Notes under the pieces: model-generated
Told to the model about the DNA's origin: nothing
What the model saw: only the letters and a program-made list of their open reading frames with translations
Databases searched by the model: none
Assembly (NCBI GenBank): GCA_016931955.1
Contig: JAFGDV010000035.1
Location: 2,852-66,851 of the forward strand
Length of the DNA: 64,000 nucleotides
From: Candidatus Altiarchaeota archaeon
GTDB taxonomy: Archaea; Altiarchaeota; Altiarchaeia; IMC4; QMZM01
Reading direction: 5' to 3'
Shown: piece by piece, positions 37,101 through 46,269 of the stretch
How positions within the stretch are numbered: the first letter of the stretch is position 1
How the letters are laid out: the number at the start of each line of letters is the position of its first letter
Position numbers and translations under genes: made by a program

Positions 37101-37199
37101 GCCTCTCCTGGATTCCACAACTTCCCTGTAGATCCCGTTCTTGTTCCAGTACTCCTGGATTCCTTCCTCGATCTTCGGCAGATTAAGCCTCTTAGTCAT
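34152..37199 (-). CDS. ileS: isoleucyl-tRNA synthetase
   Basis: HIGH (PFTSGKAHIGHAWN), KMSKS, CP1 editing domain, Zn-binding C-terminus; 1015 aa. Confidence 0.95.
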   Translation of the reverse strand: MTKRLNLPKIEEGIQEYWNKNGIYREVVESRRGNKRFYFLQGPPFTSGKAHIGHAWNHAIKDTYLRFKTMQGYDILRRAGWDTHGLPIEVKVEETVLGSRSKKEIEEYGIENFVRECKKFALQNMNKMTEQLRRLGAWLDWEDPYLTLDREYMEGVWYGIKKAHEKGLLYEAEQVIHWCPRCETAMSGYEVRDEYRDVTDNSIYVKAKLKDKDEYVLIWTTTPWTLPANTGIAVHPDFDYVRVMVDEEVLILAKERLHMLKKKHWILEEFKGSDLEGLEYEPILEIPLQQGVKRKIVTSSEHVNLEEGTGCVHMAPGHGEEDFEIGARAGLTLLSPVDDGGRFTVEPYRGVYIRDGNQIIIKDLQSRGRLLREEKITHSYPHCWRCKTPLIMRSTIQWFLAVSKIKEKLLDKNKEIEWIPEWIGSGRFENWLTNARDWCISRQRYWNTPLPVWRCQCGRIEVIGSVDELSKRSTKEIDKETLDLHRPSIDKVKLKCECGKEMVRVKDVMDVWLDSGSASWANLHYPSRKDLFEELFPADFITEGSDQTRGWFYSLLVSGVIAFDSIPYKKVLYHGFTLDSEGRKMSKSLGNVVDPDDVISKYGADVLRFYMLWAAVLWEDLRFNWDGVETINRFFSILWNSHSFAKTYMELDGFNPDKEYRIVLESEDKWLLSRFNSVLKEVTESMEQLRLNDVCRLIHDFSLDMSRWYIKLVRDRVWIEKDDPRKNAVHHTLHRVLNDLTLVMAPVAPHFSEFLYRELTDKRSVHLLDWPKVEEKLIDKELESEMLMAQQITDCVAAARQKAKIKLRWPIPRVIVAPKEGIHLGRVSSLILKACNAKELKEEELEMEVTMKVNYSVLGPKVKGDIRKIEALLEKKDASKVKDALEKHGEYKVGDFVLTGEDLLFKSSLPEDVIAEEFLGGMVYIDSKLDKRLISEAMAREVIRRVQEMRKELNLEEMENIEVAIECSKEFSGHITENKKTIEQETRSRIRLGTAEGFSKSWEIEDNDVTIHIKR

Positions 37200-37260
37200 C
37201 TTGAAAACACTAATAACTTAGCCTTTCATTATTAAATCCTGCGGCACAATATATTGTAGG

Positions 37261-38202
37261 ATGGAACTTCCTTGGACTGAAAAATACCGCCCCAAGAAGC
37301 TTGACGACATCGTCGGGCAGGACGCCATCGTTGACCGGTTGAAGGCTTATGTGAAGGAGAAATCTCTTCCCCATCTGCTCTTCGCGGGTCCTGCTGGCTG
37401 CGGTAAGACTACTGCGGCTTTATGTATCACGAACGAGTTTTTCGGGGATGTTGCTGGAAACCTCTTGGAGTTGAACGCCTCAGATGAACGCGGGATTGAC
37501 GTAGTCCGCGGCAAGATCAAGGATTTCGCGAGGACTAGGCCCATTACAGGCAGCTTCAAGATCATCTTCTTGGACGAGGCCGACGCTCTCACGTCTGATG
37601 CGCAGAATGCCATGAGGCGGACGATGGAGAACTACACTCAAACCTGTAGGTTCATACTAAGCTGCAATTATTCCTCTAAGATCATCGAACCATTACAGTC
37701 TCGTTGTTCGTTGTTCCGGTTCAAGAGGGTGCCTAAGGACGCCATCAAGAAGAGGCTGGAAGCTATCCTGGATGCCGAGAAAATGAAATACACGGACGAC
37801 GGAATAGATGCCATACTCTACGTTTCTGAAGGCGACATACGGCATGCCATCAACCTGTTGCAGTCTGCCGCAGCCCTCGGCAAGGTCGACGAAGACAGCG
37901 TCTACTCTATTGCTTCAAGGGCCAGGCCTGAAGACATCAAGACCTTGCTTGGGTTGGCGTTGCAGGGTAAGTTCCTTGACGCGAGGAATCTCTTGGATAG
38001 GATGCTGATGGTGTATGGCATGTCCGGTGAAGACATACTCTTACAGATGAATCGCGAAGCCATGAACCTTGACGCCGAAGACGAGGTAAAGATGGGGGTC
38101 ATAGACTTGGTCGGGGAGGCTAACTTCGCCCTCGTTGAAGGAGCCAATGAGAGAATACAACTCGAAGCATTGCTGGCAAGGATCATGAGACCGAAGAAGT
38201 AG
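37261..38202 (+). CDS. rfcS: replication factor C small subunit
   Basis: PWTEKYRPKKLDDIVGQ, Walker A GPAGCGKTT, DEAD-like IIFLDEADALT, SRC motif LQSRCSLFRF. Confidence 0.9.
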   Translation: MELPWTEKYRPKKLDDIVGQDAIVDRLKAYVKEKSLPHLLFAGPAGCGKTTAALCITNEFFGDVAGNLLELNASDERGIDVVRGKIKDFARTRPITGSFKIIFLDEADALTSDAQNAMRRTMENYTQTCRFILSCNYSSKIIEPLQSRCSLFRFKRVPKDAIKKRLEAILDAEKMKYTDDGIDAILYVSEGDIRHAINLLQSAAALGKVDEDSVYSIASRARPEDIKTLLGLALQGKFLDARNLLDRMLMVYGMSGEDILLQMNREAMNLDAEDEVKMGVIDLVGEANFALVEGANERIQLEALLARIMRPKK

Positions 38203-40486
38203 CCATTTTTTTGCTTAACCGGTCCCCCAAGTAGATTAATGCCCCTCCTGGTATGAGATAACAGAAGGTTTCTATTAGCCAGTTCAGGTTCCCAGTATCC
38301 TGATATAGGAAGTTGTTGAGTCCGAATATGAAGGTCATAAGGGTTCCTATGATCAAGATGAAGCCGATAACGTATGCTGCCGTCGTTGTAACTGATTTCT
38401 TTTTTCCTTCGCGTTTTCTTATGCCGTCCACTACGAAGGTGAGTGCTGCAGCTGGCGCAATAAACAGGAATAATTCAACAATCCAGAGAAGGTCTATCTC
38501 TTCATATGGTTTAAGGCTTGTGTGCACCCCCTGCACGTAGGTGATCAGCGACAGAAGCAGTAGTATGTAGATCACGGGAGTCAGGGCTAGTGGTAGGACA
38601 GATTTCTTCTGTTCCCCTATGACTGTCCTTTCGACTAAAAACAGGAATGCTACAGCAGGAACTAGGAAGAAGAAGGTCTCCAGCGTCCAGGTAAGGTCTG
38701 CATCATCCCATGGATAGAATAGTGTGCTGTGGGCGCCGAATGCATACACTAAAAGGGTTGAAAACGCCAGAATAGAATACATCGGGGCGACGACATAGGG
38801 GGTAATGGATTTGCTCCATGATTTCTGGATTCTACCACAGTAGTAGAGGAAGACCGCTGCCGGTGCGACAAAAAGCACTACCTCGATCAGCCACATTATA
38901 TCTGTTTCCCTCCAGGTGTCGTAGAGTGAGATGTGCACCCCAGAGAGGTAGACGAACACCGCAACAAGCAGCAGTATGAATGATAATGGGATGAGCATGT
39001 ACTGCCAAAGCTTTCTTCCAGATATGCGCTCATCTAGGTAGAGGAGTGACAGAAGGGGTATCCCGAATAATAGCACCTCAAGCGTCCATTTGAGGTCCGT
39101 TTTATCTGAATGGTAGAAGAACGTGCTATGCACTCCGATAAGGTAGGTTAACAGAGTGGCTATCAGGAGGATCGCTGCAATAGGTTTCAGAAAATGGTGG
39201 ATTACTGGCGCAGTAAAGCCCTCTTTTCCAGCTATCCTCTTGGCGGCTAAAAATAGAACGGCTGAAGGCAGCGCGTAGAGGAATACCTCCACCAGCCATG
39301 AAAGACTGATGTCGTCTAATAGTTCGTACATGGACATGTGGACTCCGAATACGTATGAGAACACTGCAGCGATAGAGAGCAGAAACGACACTGGTGTCAG
39401 GATCTTGGGAAGCACTGGTTTTCTCGCTTCATTGACTCTTATCCTATCCAGCTTGATGAGCATGAGGGCACATGGTATTCCCAAAAAAACGGACTCCCAA
39501 AACCATCTGAAGTCAGGTTCCCCCCCCAGAATGAAGAATGTGTTGTTCACGCCTGAGATATAAACTATGAGAAAAGCTATCGATAATACAAGCGCTGAAG
39601 GCAGCAGTGCTCTGGGCATGCTCGACTTTTTTATCCCTTCAATCTCCTTTATCTTGTCTGCTTTCATGAGGAGGAGGATTGCAGGCAAACCAAAAACAAG
39701 GGACTCTATTATCCATGCCATATTCTGCCTATAATTGGTATAGTCTGAGGAATAGATCATGTTATGCAGCCCGAATATGTAGACTATGAGAGTTACCAGG
39801 ATAAGGACATAGGCGATGGGCTTCATGATTATTGGATATATGGATGTGCTTAAATCTTCTCGCCTTCTTAGTCTTTCAGTTAAGACTATGAGGGCGTAAC
39901 CCAGGGAACTGAATATGACGGTTTCGATAATCCAACCATACTGTTGAGTGAATGAGGGTCTAAACCAGACGTTACCGCCTGTATAGGTTAGCAGGTCATT
40001 GAATCCGAAGATGAATATGAAAAGGGCGAATACTGTGAAGATTGTGCCTGAGATAACAATCGTCAGCATCCTTATTGACTTCAAACTTTTCTGGATCTTG
40101 ACCCAGACGTAGAGCAGCATCACTATACCCATGAGGTTAACGAAAAATCCGAAGTCGCCGAAGTCGAACGCCCTGTATATGTGGTATTCTCTCCCCAATA
40201 GAATCTCTGTGGGTCCGCCGCCTTTAGCTTGTAGGTATTCATCGTATTCTGGAGCCCGACCTGCGCTGAAGACTCCCATCTGCCACGTAGAGAGTCCAAA
40301 GATAAGAAAGATGGCTGCGAAGAGGACGATGATTGACAGTAAACCTGTTGTGATATCTGGTCTGCTTTCAGGTTCCTTTTCACCCAACTTTTCTCCTTCG
40401 GAAAACCGCCACGGACTCTTACCGCATTTATTGCACACGATGTCGTCTTTTTCAACGGGGGAGCCGCAGTTTACGCAGTAAGGCAT
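38183..40486 (-). CDS. polytopic membrane protein with N-terminal double CxxC zinc ribbon and about 9 tandem 2-TM repeats
   Basis: MPYCVNCGSP...CNKCGK, then repeated units of the form [TM ...Y.FG.H] - D.xW.(I/L)E..(L/F)..(I/A)P..(L/A)... e.g. DFRWFWESVFLGIPCAL, DLKWTLEVLLFGIPLLS, DLTWTLETFFFLVPAVA. Confidence 0.6.
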   Translation of the reverse strand: MPYCVNCGSPVEKDDIVCNKCGKSPWRFSEGEKLGEKEPESRPDITTGLLSIIVLFAAIFLIFGLSTWQMGVFSAGRAPEYDEYLQAKGGGPTEILLGREYHIYRAFDFGDFGFFVNLMGIVMLLYVWVKIQKSLKSIRMLTIVISGTIFTVFALFIFIFGFNDLLTYTGGNVWFRPSFTQQYGWIIETVIFSSLGYALIVLTERLRRREDLSTSIYPIIMKPIAYVLILVTLIVYIFGLHNMIYSSDYTNYRQNMAWIIESLVFGLPAILLLMKADKIKEIEGIKKSSMPRALLPSALVLSIAFLIVYISGVNNTFFILGGEPDFRWFWESVFLGIPCALMLIKLDRIRVNEARKPVLPKILTPVSFLLSIAAVFSYVFGVHMSMYELLDDISLSWLVEVFLYALPSAVLFLAAKRIAGKEGFTAPVIHHFLKPIAAILLIATLLTYLIGVHSTFFYHSDKTDLKWTLEVLLFGIPLLSLLYLDERISGRKLWQYMLIPLSFILLLVAVFVYLSGVHISLYDTWRETDIMWLIEVVLFVAPAAVFLYYCGRIQKSWSKSITPYVVAPMYSILAFSTLLVYAFGAHSTLFYPWDDADLTWTLETFFFLVPAVAFLFLVERTVIGEQKKSVLPLALTPVIYILLLLSLITYVQGVHTSLKPYEEIDLLWIVELFLFIAPAAALTFVVDGIRKREGKKKSVTTTAAYVIGFILIIGTLMTFIFGLNNFLYQDTGNLNWLIETFCYLIPGGALIYLGDRLSKKMATSSVS

Positions 40487-40520
40487 TTTTTATATAATTT
40501 AACATGGCATTATAAAATAT

Positions 40521-40558
40521 TTTCGATTTTGTTCGGCGAATACCTTACAAAATCGAAA
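40521..40558. promoter_or_regulatory. perfect 12-bp inverted repeat with 14-nt loop in a divergent promoter region
   Basis: TTTCGATTTTGT-TCGGCGAATACCTT-ACAAAATCGAAA between the 767-aa membrane gene (minus) and glmM (plus). Confidence 0.3.
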
Positions 40559-40598
40559 AAATGCGTTTTTTAATCATCGGCTCTAGATATTAATTGTC

Positions 40599-41900
40599 AT
40601 GGTTAGGCTTTTCGGCACTTCTGGGATTAGAAGGCTTGCGGAGGAGTTAACCGACGACTTCGTGAATAAGCTTGGATTCTCTCTAGCATCCTACTCCAAG
40701 GATCAATGGATCGCGGTCGGCAGAGACACTCGTCCATCATCTGAGAGGCTTTCTCAGGTTTTTATCTCTGCGTTGACCAAAGCCGGGAAGGATGTAATCG
40801 ACTTGGGAGTCGCTGCCACCCCCACTGTGGCGATGGCTTCAGAGGAGTATGGCACAGGTGTTGTCGTCACAGCCTCCCATAATCCCCCGGAATACAATGG
40901 ATTCAAGTTCTGGGCTCATGGGAGGGCCTATTCGCCCTTACAGGAGAGGGAGGTTGAGGAAATCTTTCATTCAGGAAAATTCGTCGATTCACAGAAGACA
41001 GGTTCGGTGGAGGGAAGAGACTATGTGGAGAAGCACATCAAGAGGATCATGGATAAAGTAGGCAGAATAGATAAACCGGTGCGCGTCCTGCTGGACTGCG
41101 CCAACGGTGCCGGGGCGTACATCACTCCCCAGCTGCTGAAAGAGATGGGCTGCCACGTCATCTCCATAAATACTAAAACAGAGGGGAGATTCGCTCACGG
41201 CTTGGAGCCTACGGCGGAGAACCTGAAGGAGACCTGTGAGTTTGTCTTGAAAAATAAGGCAGACATAGGGATAGTGCATGACGGCGACGCCGACCGTTCA
41301 GCCGCCATTGGCAGAGACGGTAGACTGGTCGACTGGGACTCTTTTCTGGCTGTTCTGGCATACGGCAACGAAAAAGTGGTAACTACTGTAGACGCGTCCA
41401 TGTGCATCGAGGAAGTCTGTGAAACAGTGATTCGCACACCCATAGGCGATGTTGCCGTAGCCGATGCAATATGCAGAGAGCATGCGGACTTCGGAGGGGA
41501 GCCTTCCGGTTCGATTATATTCCCAGAAGTGCACTTGTTTCCTGATGGCCCTCTTACCGCAGCAAAGATTGTGAAATTGGTTTCAGAGAACCGGTTCTAT
41601 AAAGTCCTCAGTCAGCTTAGGAGATATCCCGTTGAAAGGGTGAAGATCTTCTATGGGAGGGACTCTGATCCCCTGGAGTTGATGCTGACGATTAAGTTGA
41701 GGATCAGGGAAGACTTCAAAGAGGAGATCAGGGAAATAGACGAGATAGATGGTATCCGTGTTGGCGTGGATGATGGATGGTTTCTTGTCAGGCCCTCTGG
41801 AACGGAGCCCTGCATTAGGATAACCTCTGAGGCGAAGACAGAGGAGCTACTCTTTGACTTGGTTGAGAGGTGCAGGAAGTGTGTTGAAGAAGTCATCTAG
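40599..41900 (+). CDS. phosphoglucosamine/phosphomannomutase (alpha-D-phosphohexomutase family)
   Basis: Active-site TASHNPPEYNGFK, metal-binding DGDADR, sugar-binding GVDDGWFLVRPSGTEP. Confidence 0.85.
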   Translation: MVRLFGTSGIRRLAEELTDDFVNKLGFSLASYSKDQWIAVGRDTRPSSERLSQVFISALTKAGKDVIDLGVAATPTVAMASEEYGTGVVVTASHNPPEYNGFKFWAHGRAYSPLQEREVEEIFHSGKFVDSQKTGSVEGRDYVEKHIKRIMDKVGRIDKPVRVLLDCANGAGAYITPQLLKEMGCHVISINTKTEGRFAHGLEPTAENLKETCEFVLKNKADIGIVHDGDADRSAAIGRDGRLVDWDSFLAVLAYGNEKVVTTVDASMCIEEVCETVIRTPIGDVAVADAICREHADFGGEPSGSIIFPEVHLFPDGPLTAAKIVKLVSENRFYKVLSQLRRYPVERVKIFYGRDSDPLELMLTIKLRIREDFKEEIREIDEIDGIRVGVDDGWFLVRPSGTEPCIRITSEAKTEELLFDLVERCRKCVEEVI

Positions 41901-42328
41901 ATGTCACATAGTACCTCAGCAATCCATGCATTGTTTTCTTTCCCTACTCGCATTTCGTGGTAGGTGACTGCCTTTATCTCGGCTTTTATCGCGTGTTTTT
42001 CTTTACTGTACTCCTCCCCTGTGAGTTGTGCCTTCAGCGTGTATTCCCTGTTTTCTGTTATCGACACTCGCATGTTCTTGAATAGAAGCCCTTTGGTCTC
42101 GAAGAGGAACAGTATCTCTGACAGGAAGTCGTGTAGGAGCGTATCAAGTGTCTCAGCCTTAAGTGCAATGTTCCGTTTGATGTCTTCATCTATTGATTCT
42201 AGGCTGACGATTGAAGAAACCATGGCCTTTGCGGCGTTCTGGAAGCATTCATCAAGGCTTCCGCCGTATGCCCTGAACCTAAGGTCTGCAGTATGTTCTA
42301 AGTACTCGAAATCCTTGGCGGGCTTCAT
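41897..42328 (-). CDS. archease
   Basis: Start trimmed to MKPAKDFEYLEHTADLRFRAYG...; the 54-aa Arg-rich extension in the ORF track overlaps rps27e and is rejected. Confidence 0.8.
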   Translation of the reverse strand: MKPAKDFEYLEHTADLRFRAYGGSLDECFQNAAKAMVSSIVSLESIDEDIKRNIALKAETLDTLLHDFLSEILFLFETKGLLFKNMRVSITENREYTLKAQLTGEEYSKEKHAIKAEIKAVTYHEMRVGKENNAWIAEVLCDI

Positions 42329-42339
42329 CTTAGGAGAAG

Positions 42340-42525
42340 CTATATGTCTTTGTCCATGACGTCGACGACCTTGGTTTTTATGGCTGCTTTGCCGCCATGT
42401 GGTTCGACGAGTATTTTCTCGCAGACCAGGCACTTGACCTTTGTTGCCGCGTGGTCGTATATTATCTGCTCGTTTCCGCAGTCGTCGCATTTAATCCTCA
42501 AGAACCTACTCTTTGTTTCATCCAT
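42340..42525 (-). CDS. rps27e: 30S ribosomal protein S27e
   Basis: [40 protein letters not shown] (C4 zinc finger). Confidence 0.85.
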   Translation of the reverse strand: MDETKSRFLRIKCDDCGNEQIIYDHAATKVKCLVCEKILVEPHGGKAAIKTKVVDVMDKDI

Positions 42526-42526
42526 C

Positions 42527-42808
42527 CTATTTTATCTCCGCCTTCTTTTTTGTCCTGGAGGCGTAGGGTTTCTGGTGTTTTTTGCTGCATTTTTTGCAGG
42601 TTAGTATGATGACAGGTCTCTTTCCAACCTTGTAGACGTCCTTCTTCGGGGTCCTGGGGGAGCCTTTGTAGCCTTTCTTCACTTCCTCGTATTTTCGGGT
42701 TCCTCTTCGCATGCTGCTTGCTTTGCCCTTTCTCTCAAGCTTCACATCATGTTCGGTGTGCGCCTTACAGTGAGGACAGTACGTCTTCATAACGTTGGGT
42801 AACTTCAT
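42527..42808 (-). CDS. rpl44e: 50S ribosomal protein L44e
   Basis: [20 protein letters not shown]...[19 protein letters not shown]. Confidence 0.85.
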   Translation of the reverse strand: MKLPNVMKTYCPHCKAHTEHDVKLERKGKASSMRRGTRKYEEVKKGYKGSPRTPKKDVYKVGKRPVIILTCKKCSKKHQKPYASRTKKKAEIK

Positions 42809-42867
42809 TTTCTCTCGGTTGCGATAATATACTTCTATTTTATGAATAAAAGCTGCATATCTTTAAC

Positions 42868-43368
42868 ATGGTAGTGGGGCAACCAGATATCTTTGTTGGC
42901 TTAATAGGTGTCCTTTTTATCATCTTATTTGCTTACTTTTCCTCTCTTATCTTCTTTTTTCCCATTGCTTTTGTTGTAGTCAGCATACTCAAAAGGATAT
43001 TTGCGGGTAGAAAAGATTTTTACCCTTACATCTTTGCCGGAATCGAATTGGTTTGCGGATTTTTCAGTTACCTTGGTCTTGGGCACATATTCTTGGGCAG
43101 GCGGAGGAGGGGGATCATGTTATTGATTGGCTTATTTCTCTTTCAAACTGTTGTTCCCGTTTTTTATCTCTACACCCATTATGATCAGTTGATGTATGGG
43201 GTTAGCAAAGTTGTAGATGTGATAAATCCAATACGCATCATAGTTGCATTTTTGAGTGCTTGGTGGGTGTACAATACAGCCAAGATAAAGGGACCTCGTT
43301 CAGTTTATGGGTTGGAGAAGCCTAAGAAAGGAGATGAGATCCCTGACTTGGGGATTATAAGGTATTAG
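42868..43368 (+). CDS. TM2-domain-like membrane protein
   Basis: GLGHIFLGRRRRG resembles the TM2 G.H.FYLG motif; 166 aa, 4 TM. Confidence 0.45.
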   Translation: MVVGQPDIFVGLIGVLFIILFAYFSSLIFFFPIAFVVVSILKRIFAGRKDFYPYIFAGIELVCGFFSYLGLGHIFLGRRRRGIMLLIGLFLFQTVVPVFYLYTHYDQLMYGVSKVVDVINPIRIIVAFLSAWWVYNTAKIKGPRSVYGLEKPKKGDEIPDLGIIRY

Positions 43369-44273
43369 TTGTGTTTTCCCACCGTGATCCTCATGAGGTC
43401 TTCTGCGACGTATGTTTCTGGGAATACTTCTCTGGCTTCGGCTTCCAGCTTCTTCGGGTCAGTATACCGTTGACTGATGTGCGTCAGAAAGAGCTTTTTC
43501 ACGTTGGCTTTCTTTGCGACTTCTGCGGCTTGTACTGTGGTTGAATGCCCTGCTTTTTCTATGTTCTCCAAGTCCTTGTGGGAGAAGGTTCCGTCGTGTA
43601 TTAGTATGTCTGCGTCCTCAGCAAGTTTGATGACGCTTTCGCAGACTCGTGTGTCTCCGGTGTAGATTACTTTTCTCCCGGGGATGGGCTTACTCAGCAC
43701 CTGATCAGGCTCTATGGTCTTGCCTTCGACCTCTATTGAATAGCCCTTCTGCAGTCTTGAAAAAAGTCTGCCCTCCGGCACCCCTAAGGCGAGGGCCTTC
43801 TTCTTTAGGAATTTCCTCTTAGGTTTCTCCTCGAAGCAGTAGGCAAGGCTGTTTCTGGTATGTTCGGTTCTCGCGCAGGTTATCATGTAACGCTCTCCTT
43901 CCTTCACCAAGCCGGGCTGTATTTCGTGGACTTCAACCGACATGGAGTCCATCTGAAATGAGCCCATTGAGAGCATGTGGTCTATCGTCTCCTTGAGCCC
44001 TTCTGGTCCGTGAATCTCCAGAGGCTTTGTCCTCTCCAGGAAGTCCATGCTTTGGATTAATCCGCCAAGGCCGAGGAAGTGGTCTGCGTGCAAGTGCGTG
44101 ATGAACACGTTGTCTATCCGCATGAAATTTATTCCCGCGAAACGCATCTGCCTCTGTGTTCCCTCCCCGCAGTCGAAGAGGAAATTTTCTTCTAAATACT
44201 CCAAGAAGACGCTGGATAGGTTCCTCTCCTTTGTGGGGACGCAGCCGGATGTTCCCAGAAACACGATCTCCAT
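43365..44273 (-). CDS. rnz: ribonuclease Z (tRNA 3' endonuclease)
   Basis: MEIVFLGTSG, HLHADH zinc motif, flexible-arm region, C-terminal HxD; 302 aa. Confidence 0.85.
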   Translation of the reverse strand: MEIVFLGTSGCVPTKERNLSSVFLEYLEENFLFDCGEGTQRQMRFAGINFMRIDNVFITHLHADHFLGLGGLIQSMDFLERTKPLEIHGPEGLKETIDHMLSMGSFQMDSMSVEVHEIQPGLVKEGERYMITCARTEHTRNSLAYCFEEKPKRKFLKKKALALGVPEGRLFSRLQKGYSIEVEGKTIEPDQVLSKPIPGRKVIYTGDTRVCESVIKLAEDADILIHDGTFSHKDLENIEKAGHSTTVQAAEVAKKANVKKLFLTHISQRYTDPKKLEAEAREVFPETYVAEDLMRITVGKHN

Positions 44274-44291
44274 AGATTAACTTAGGATTTG

Positions 44292-44603
44292 TTAATCTTT
44301 AAATCCGTAGACTTCCCCCATCTTTTTTGCATACATGGCTATTCCAGAGATTATCAAAAATAGACCTGCTATGAAGGAACCTATCGTCATCATGGTGAAT
44401 GACTCGTTTGGTAGCTTGATCCATCCGACTCCGATGCTGAAGACCCATATTGAGAGCAGGAGACCCCAGAGGGTTATCCCTAGCAGGTACTTGATGAGTT
44501 CTCGTAGCATGCCCTTGGTAAGTTTTCTCATGCTTTGATGGATCCAGACCACAGAGATGAAGCACATCCCGATGGTCAGATACATTAGTATATGGAATAT
44601 CAT
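44292..44603 (-). CDS. small membrane protein
   Basis: 103 aa, 3 TM helices; start overlaps the upstream gene stop. Confidence 0.35.
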   Translation of the reverse strand: MIFHILMYLTIGMCFISVVWIHQSMRKLTKGMLRELIKYLLGITLWGLLLSIWVFSIGVGWIKLPNESFTMMTIGSFIAGLFLIISGIAMYAKKMGEVYGFKD

Positions 44604-45172
44604 TTTTTTGCCTCTTTTATGGTTATTATCCTGTCGCAGAATTGTGTTATCTCATCGAGGAAATGCGGATCGTTTTCTTTCTCCAGGGACATGAAGATCC
44701 CTGTCAGATTCCAGAGTCTCATCTTTGCGGTGAAAAAGTGACTGAATCTTGCAAGGCTTCCGGCGGAGTTGTAAAACAGCAGCGTTGAGAGTGAGTCCAT
44801 GAACAGGAATTTTTCGTTTTTGGGCATCGAAGCAACCCATTCATCCACCGATAGTGCGATATCTGTCAGATCTGCGGGGGATATGAATAAGCATCTTTCA
44901 GCCCTTTTCGGCACGCCGATGACGGGAAGGGTCACGCAGTCTACAAAAAAGAGCTTATCTATGTTTATGCCATGGTCTTGGAGTAACCTGCTGAGTGGTT
45001 CGTATGGCCGGTTTACTGTGATATAGATGCCTGGCAGATTTAGGGTATTGCATAGGTATTCTAAAGTCTGTAGATTAGTGTTTAAGTAGTCTCCAGCGTT
45101 GACCGTTATCAGGGTTATGTCGTTTTTATGTAGGGCTTTCAGGTCTTCCAGCAGCTTATCTCCGTCTATCAT
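44600..45172 (-). CDS. hypothetical cytoplasmic protein
   Basis: 190 aa, alpha/beta-like, no Walker or metal motif recognised. Confidence 0.35.
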   Translation of the reverse strand: MIDGDKLLEDLKALHKNDITLITVNAGDYLNTNLQTLEYLCNTLNLPGIYITVNRPYEPLSRLLQDHGINIDKLFFVDCVTLPVIGVPKRAERCLFISPADLTDIALSVDEWVASMPKNEKFLFMDSLSTLLFYNSAGSLARFSHFFTAKMRLWNLTGIFMSLEKENDPHFLDEITQFCDRIITIKEAKK

Positions 45173-45261
45173 TCTAAAAGTTATTACATCATCTGGGTAT
45201 ATAATCTTTTGAACTGAAAAGAATTTAATGGTGTGGCCCTATATATAATAGGTCGCAGGGA

Positions 45262-46269
45262 ATGGAATCTACAAGGATCATCTTATGGGACATCGACGGA
45301 GTGCTTATCTATGTCGGCGAATCCTACAGGCAGACGATAATCAACACAGTGCAGCATTATTTCTCCGAGTTCATAGGTCTGAGGCTCCCAGATAAGCTGA
45401 TGACGTGGAAGGACACTCAAGGCTTTAAGTTTGCGGGGGGCTTTAATGATGACTGGGAGCTCACCTATGCGGCGGTCTTATGCTATCTCTCAGAGTTGGT
45501 GTGCAGGGTTGATGTCTCAAAGCTGGCCGTAGATAGACCGCAAGACTTGGATGGGATGCTCAGCGTTTTGAAGAACCTTGGTTCCGTGTGCGGTGATTGT
45601 TCACTAAGCCTTGACTTGAAGCCTATCCTGAAGAAACTGAAGGAATATGGTGGTGGCTTGTCTGCTTTAGATAAAGCCTTGCCGGAGTTCTTCGGAGATT
45701 ATGTTGGGAAAGCAAGGGATTTCTGGTTTCCCGAGTTGGTGAAGAGGCTTTTTGAGGAAGTCTATCTTGGAGAGGAATTGTTCCGTGAAAAATATGGTGT
45801 GGGTCGGAGGTTTGCTGTGGGTGAGGGCCGCATCCTAAAGGAGACGTCGCTTGTGGATATTGAGACCCTTCTTGAGTTTCGGAAGAACTACTATTTTGGG
45901 ATCGTTACTGGGAGGGAGCGTTTTGAGGCGGAGTTCAGTCTAAGGCAGCACTTACTTCACCGTGTTTTCCCTCCGGAATTGATTGTTGCAAGGGAGGACA
46001 TCGAGGAGAGGAAGCCCTCTCCGCAGCCTCTCATAGAATGCAGTGAACTCGTTCGAAAAAAGTATGCTTTATCTAAGAATACGGGTGTGATCTATGTGGG
46101 GGATTCCCTTGACGACCTGGCTGCTGCGAGGAACGCCGGCTTCTATTTTATAGCAGTAGTCGGCGGAATAAAGGACTTGAAGGAGAGGAATAACCTCCGG
46201 AGGGAAATGCATGAAAGAATATGCGACCTCATCGTAGATGATGTTCAGGAGTTGTTCCTTTATCTTTGA
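45262..46269 (+). CDS. HAD-superfamily hydrolase with large cap insert
   Basis: Motif I ILWDIDGVLI, motif III/IV VGDSLDDLAAARNAG; 335 aa; divergent from hisD and 3'-overlapping it. Confidence 0.7.
   Translation: MESTRIILWDIDGVLIYVGESYRQTIINTVQHYFSEFIGLRLPDKLMTWKDTQGFKFAGGFNDDWELTYAAVLCYLSELVCRVDVSKLAVDRPQDLDGMLSVLKNLGSVCGDCSLSLDLKPILKKLKEYGGGLSALDKALPEFFGDYVGKARDFWFPELVKRLFEEVYLGEELFREKYGVGRRFAVGEGRILKETSLVDIETLLEFRKNYYFGIVTGRERFEAEFSLRQHLLHRVFPPELIVAREDIEERKPSPQPLIECSELVRKKYALSKNTGVIYVGDSLDDLAAARNAGFYFIAVVGGIKDLKERNNLRREMHERICDLIVDDVQELFLYL

Noticed and set aside
42329-42490. 54-residue Arg-rich N-terminal extension of the archease ORF
   Set aside because: It overlaps rps27e on the same strand in another frame. 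Archease homology starts at MKPAKDFEYLEHTADL.
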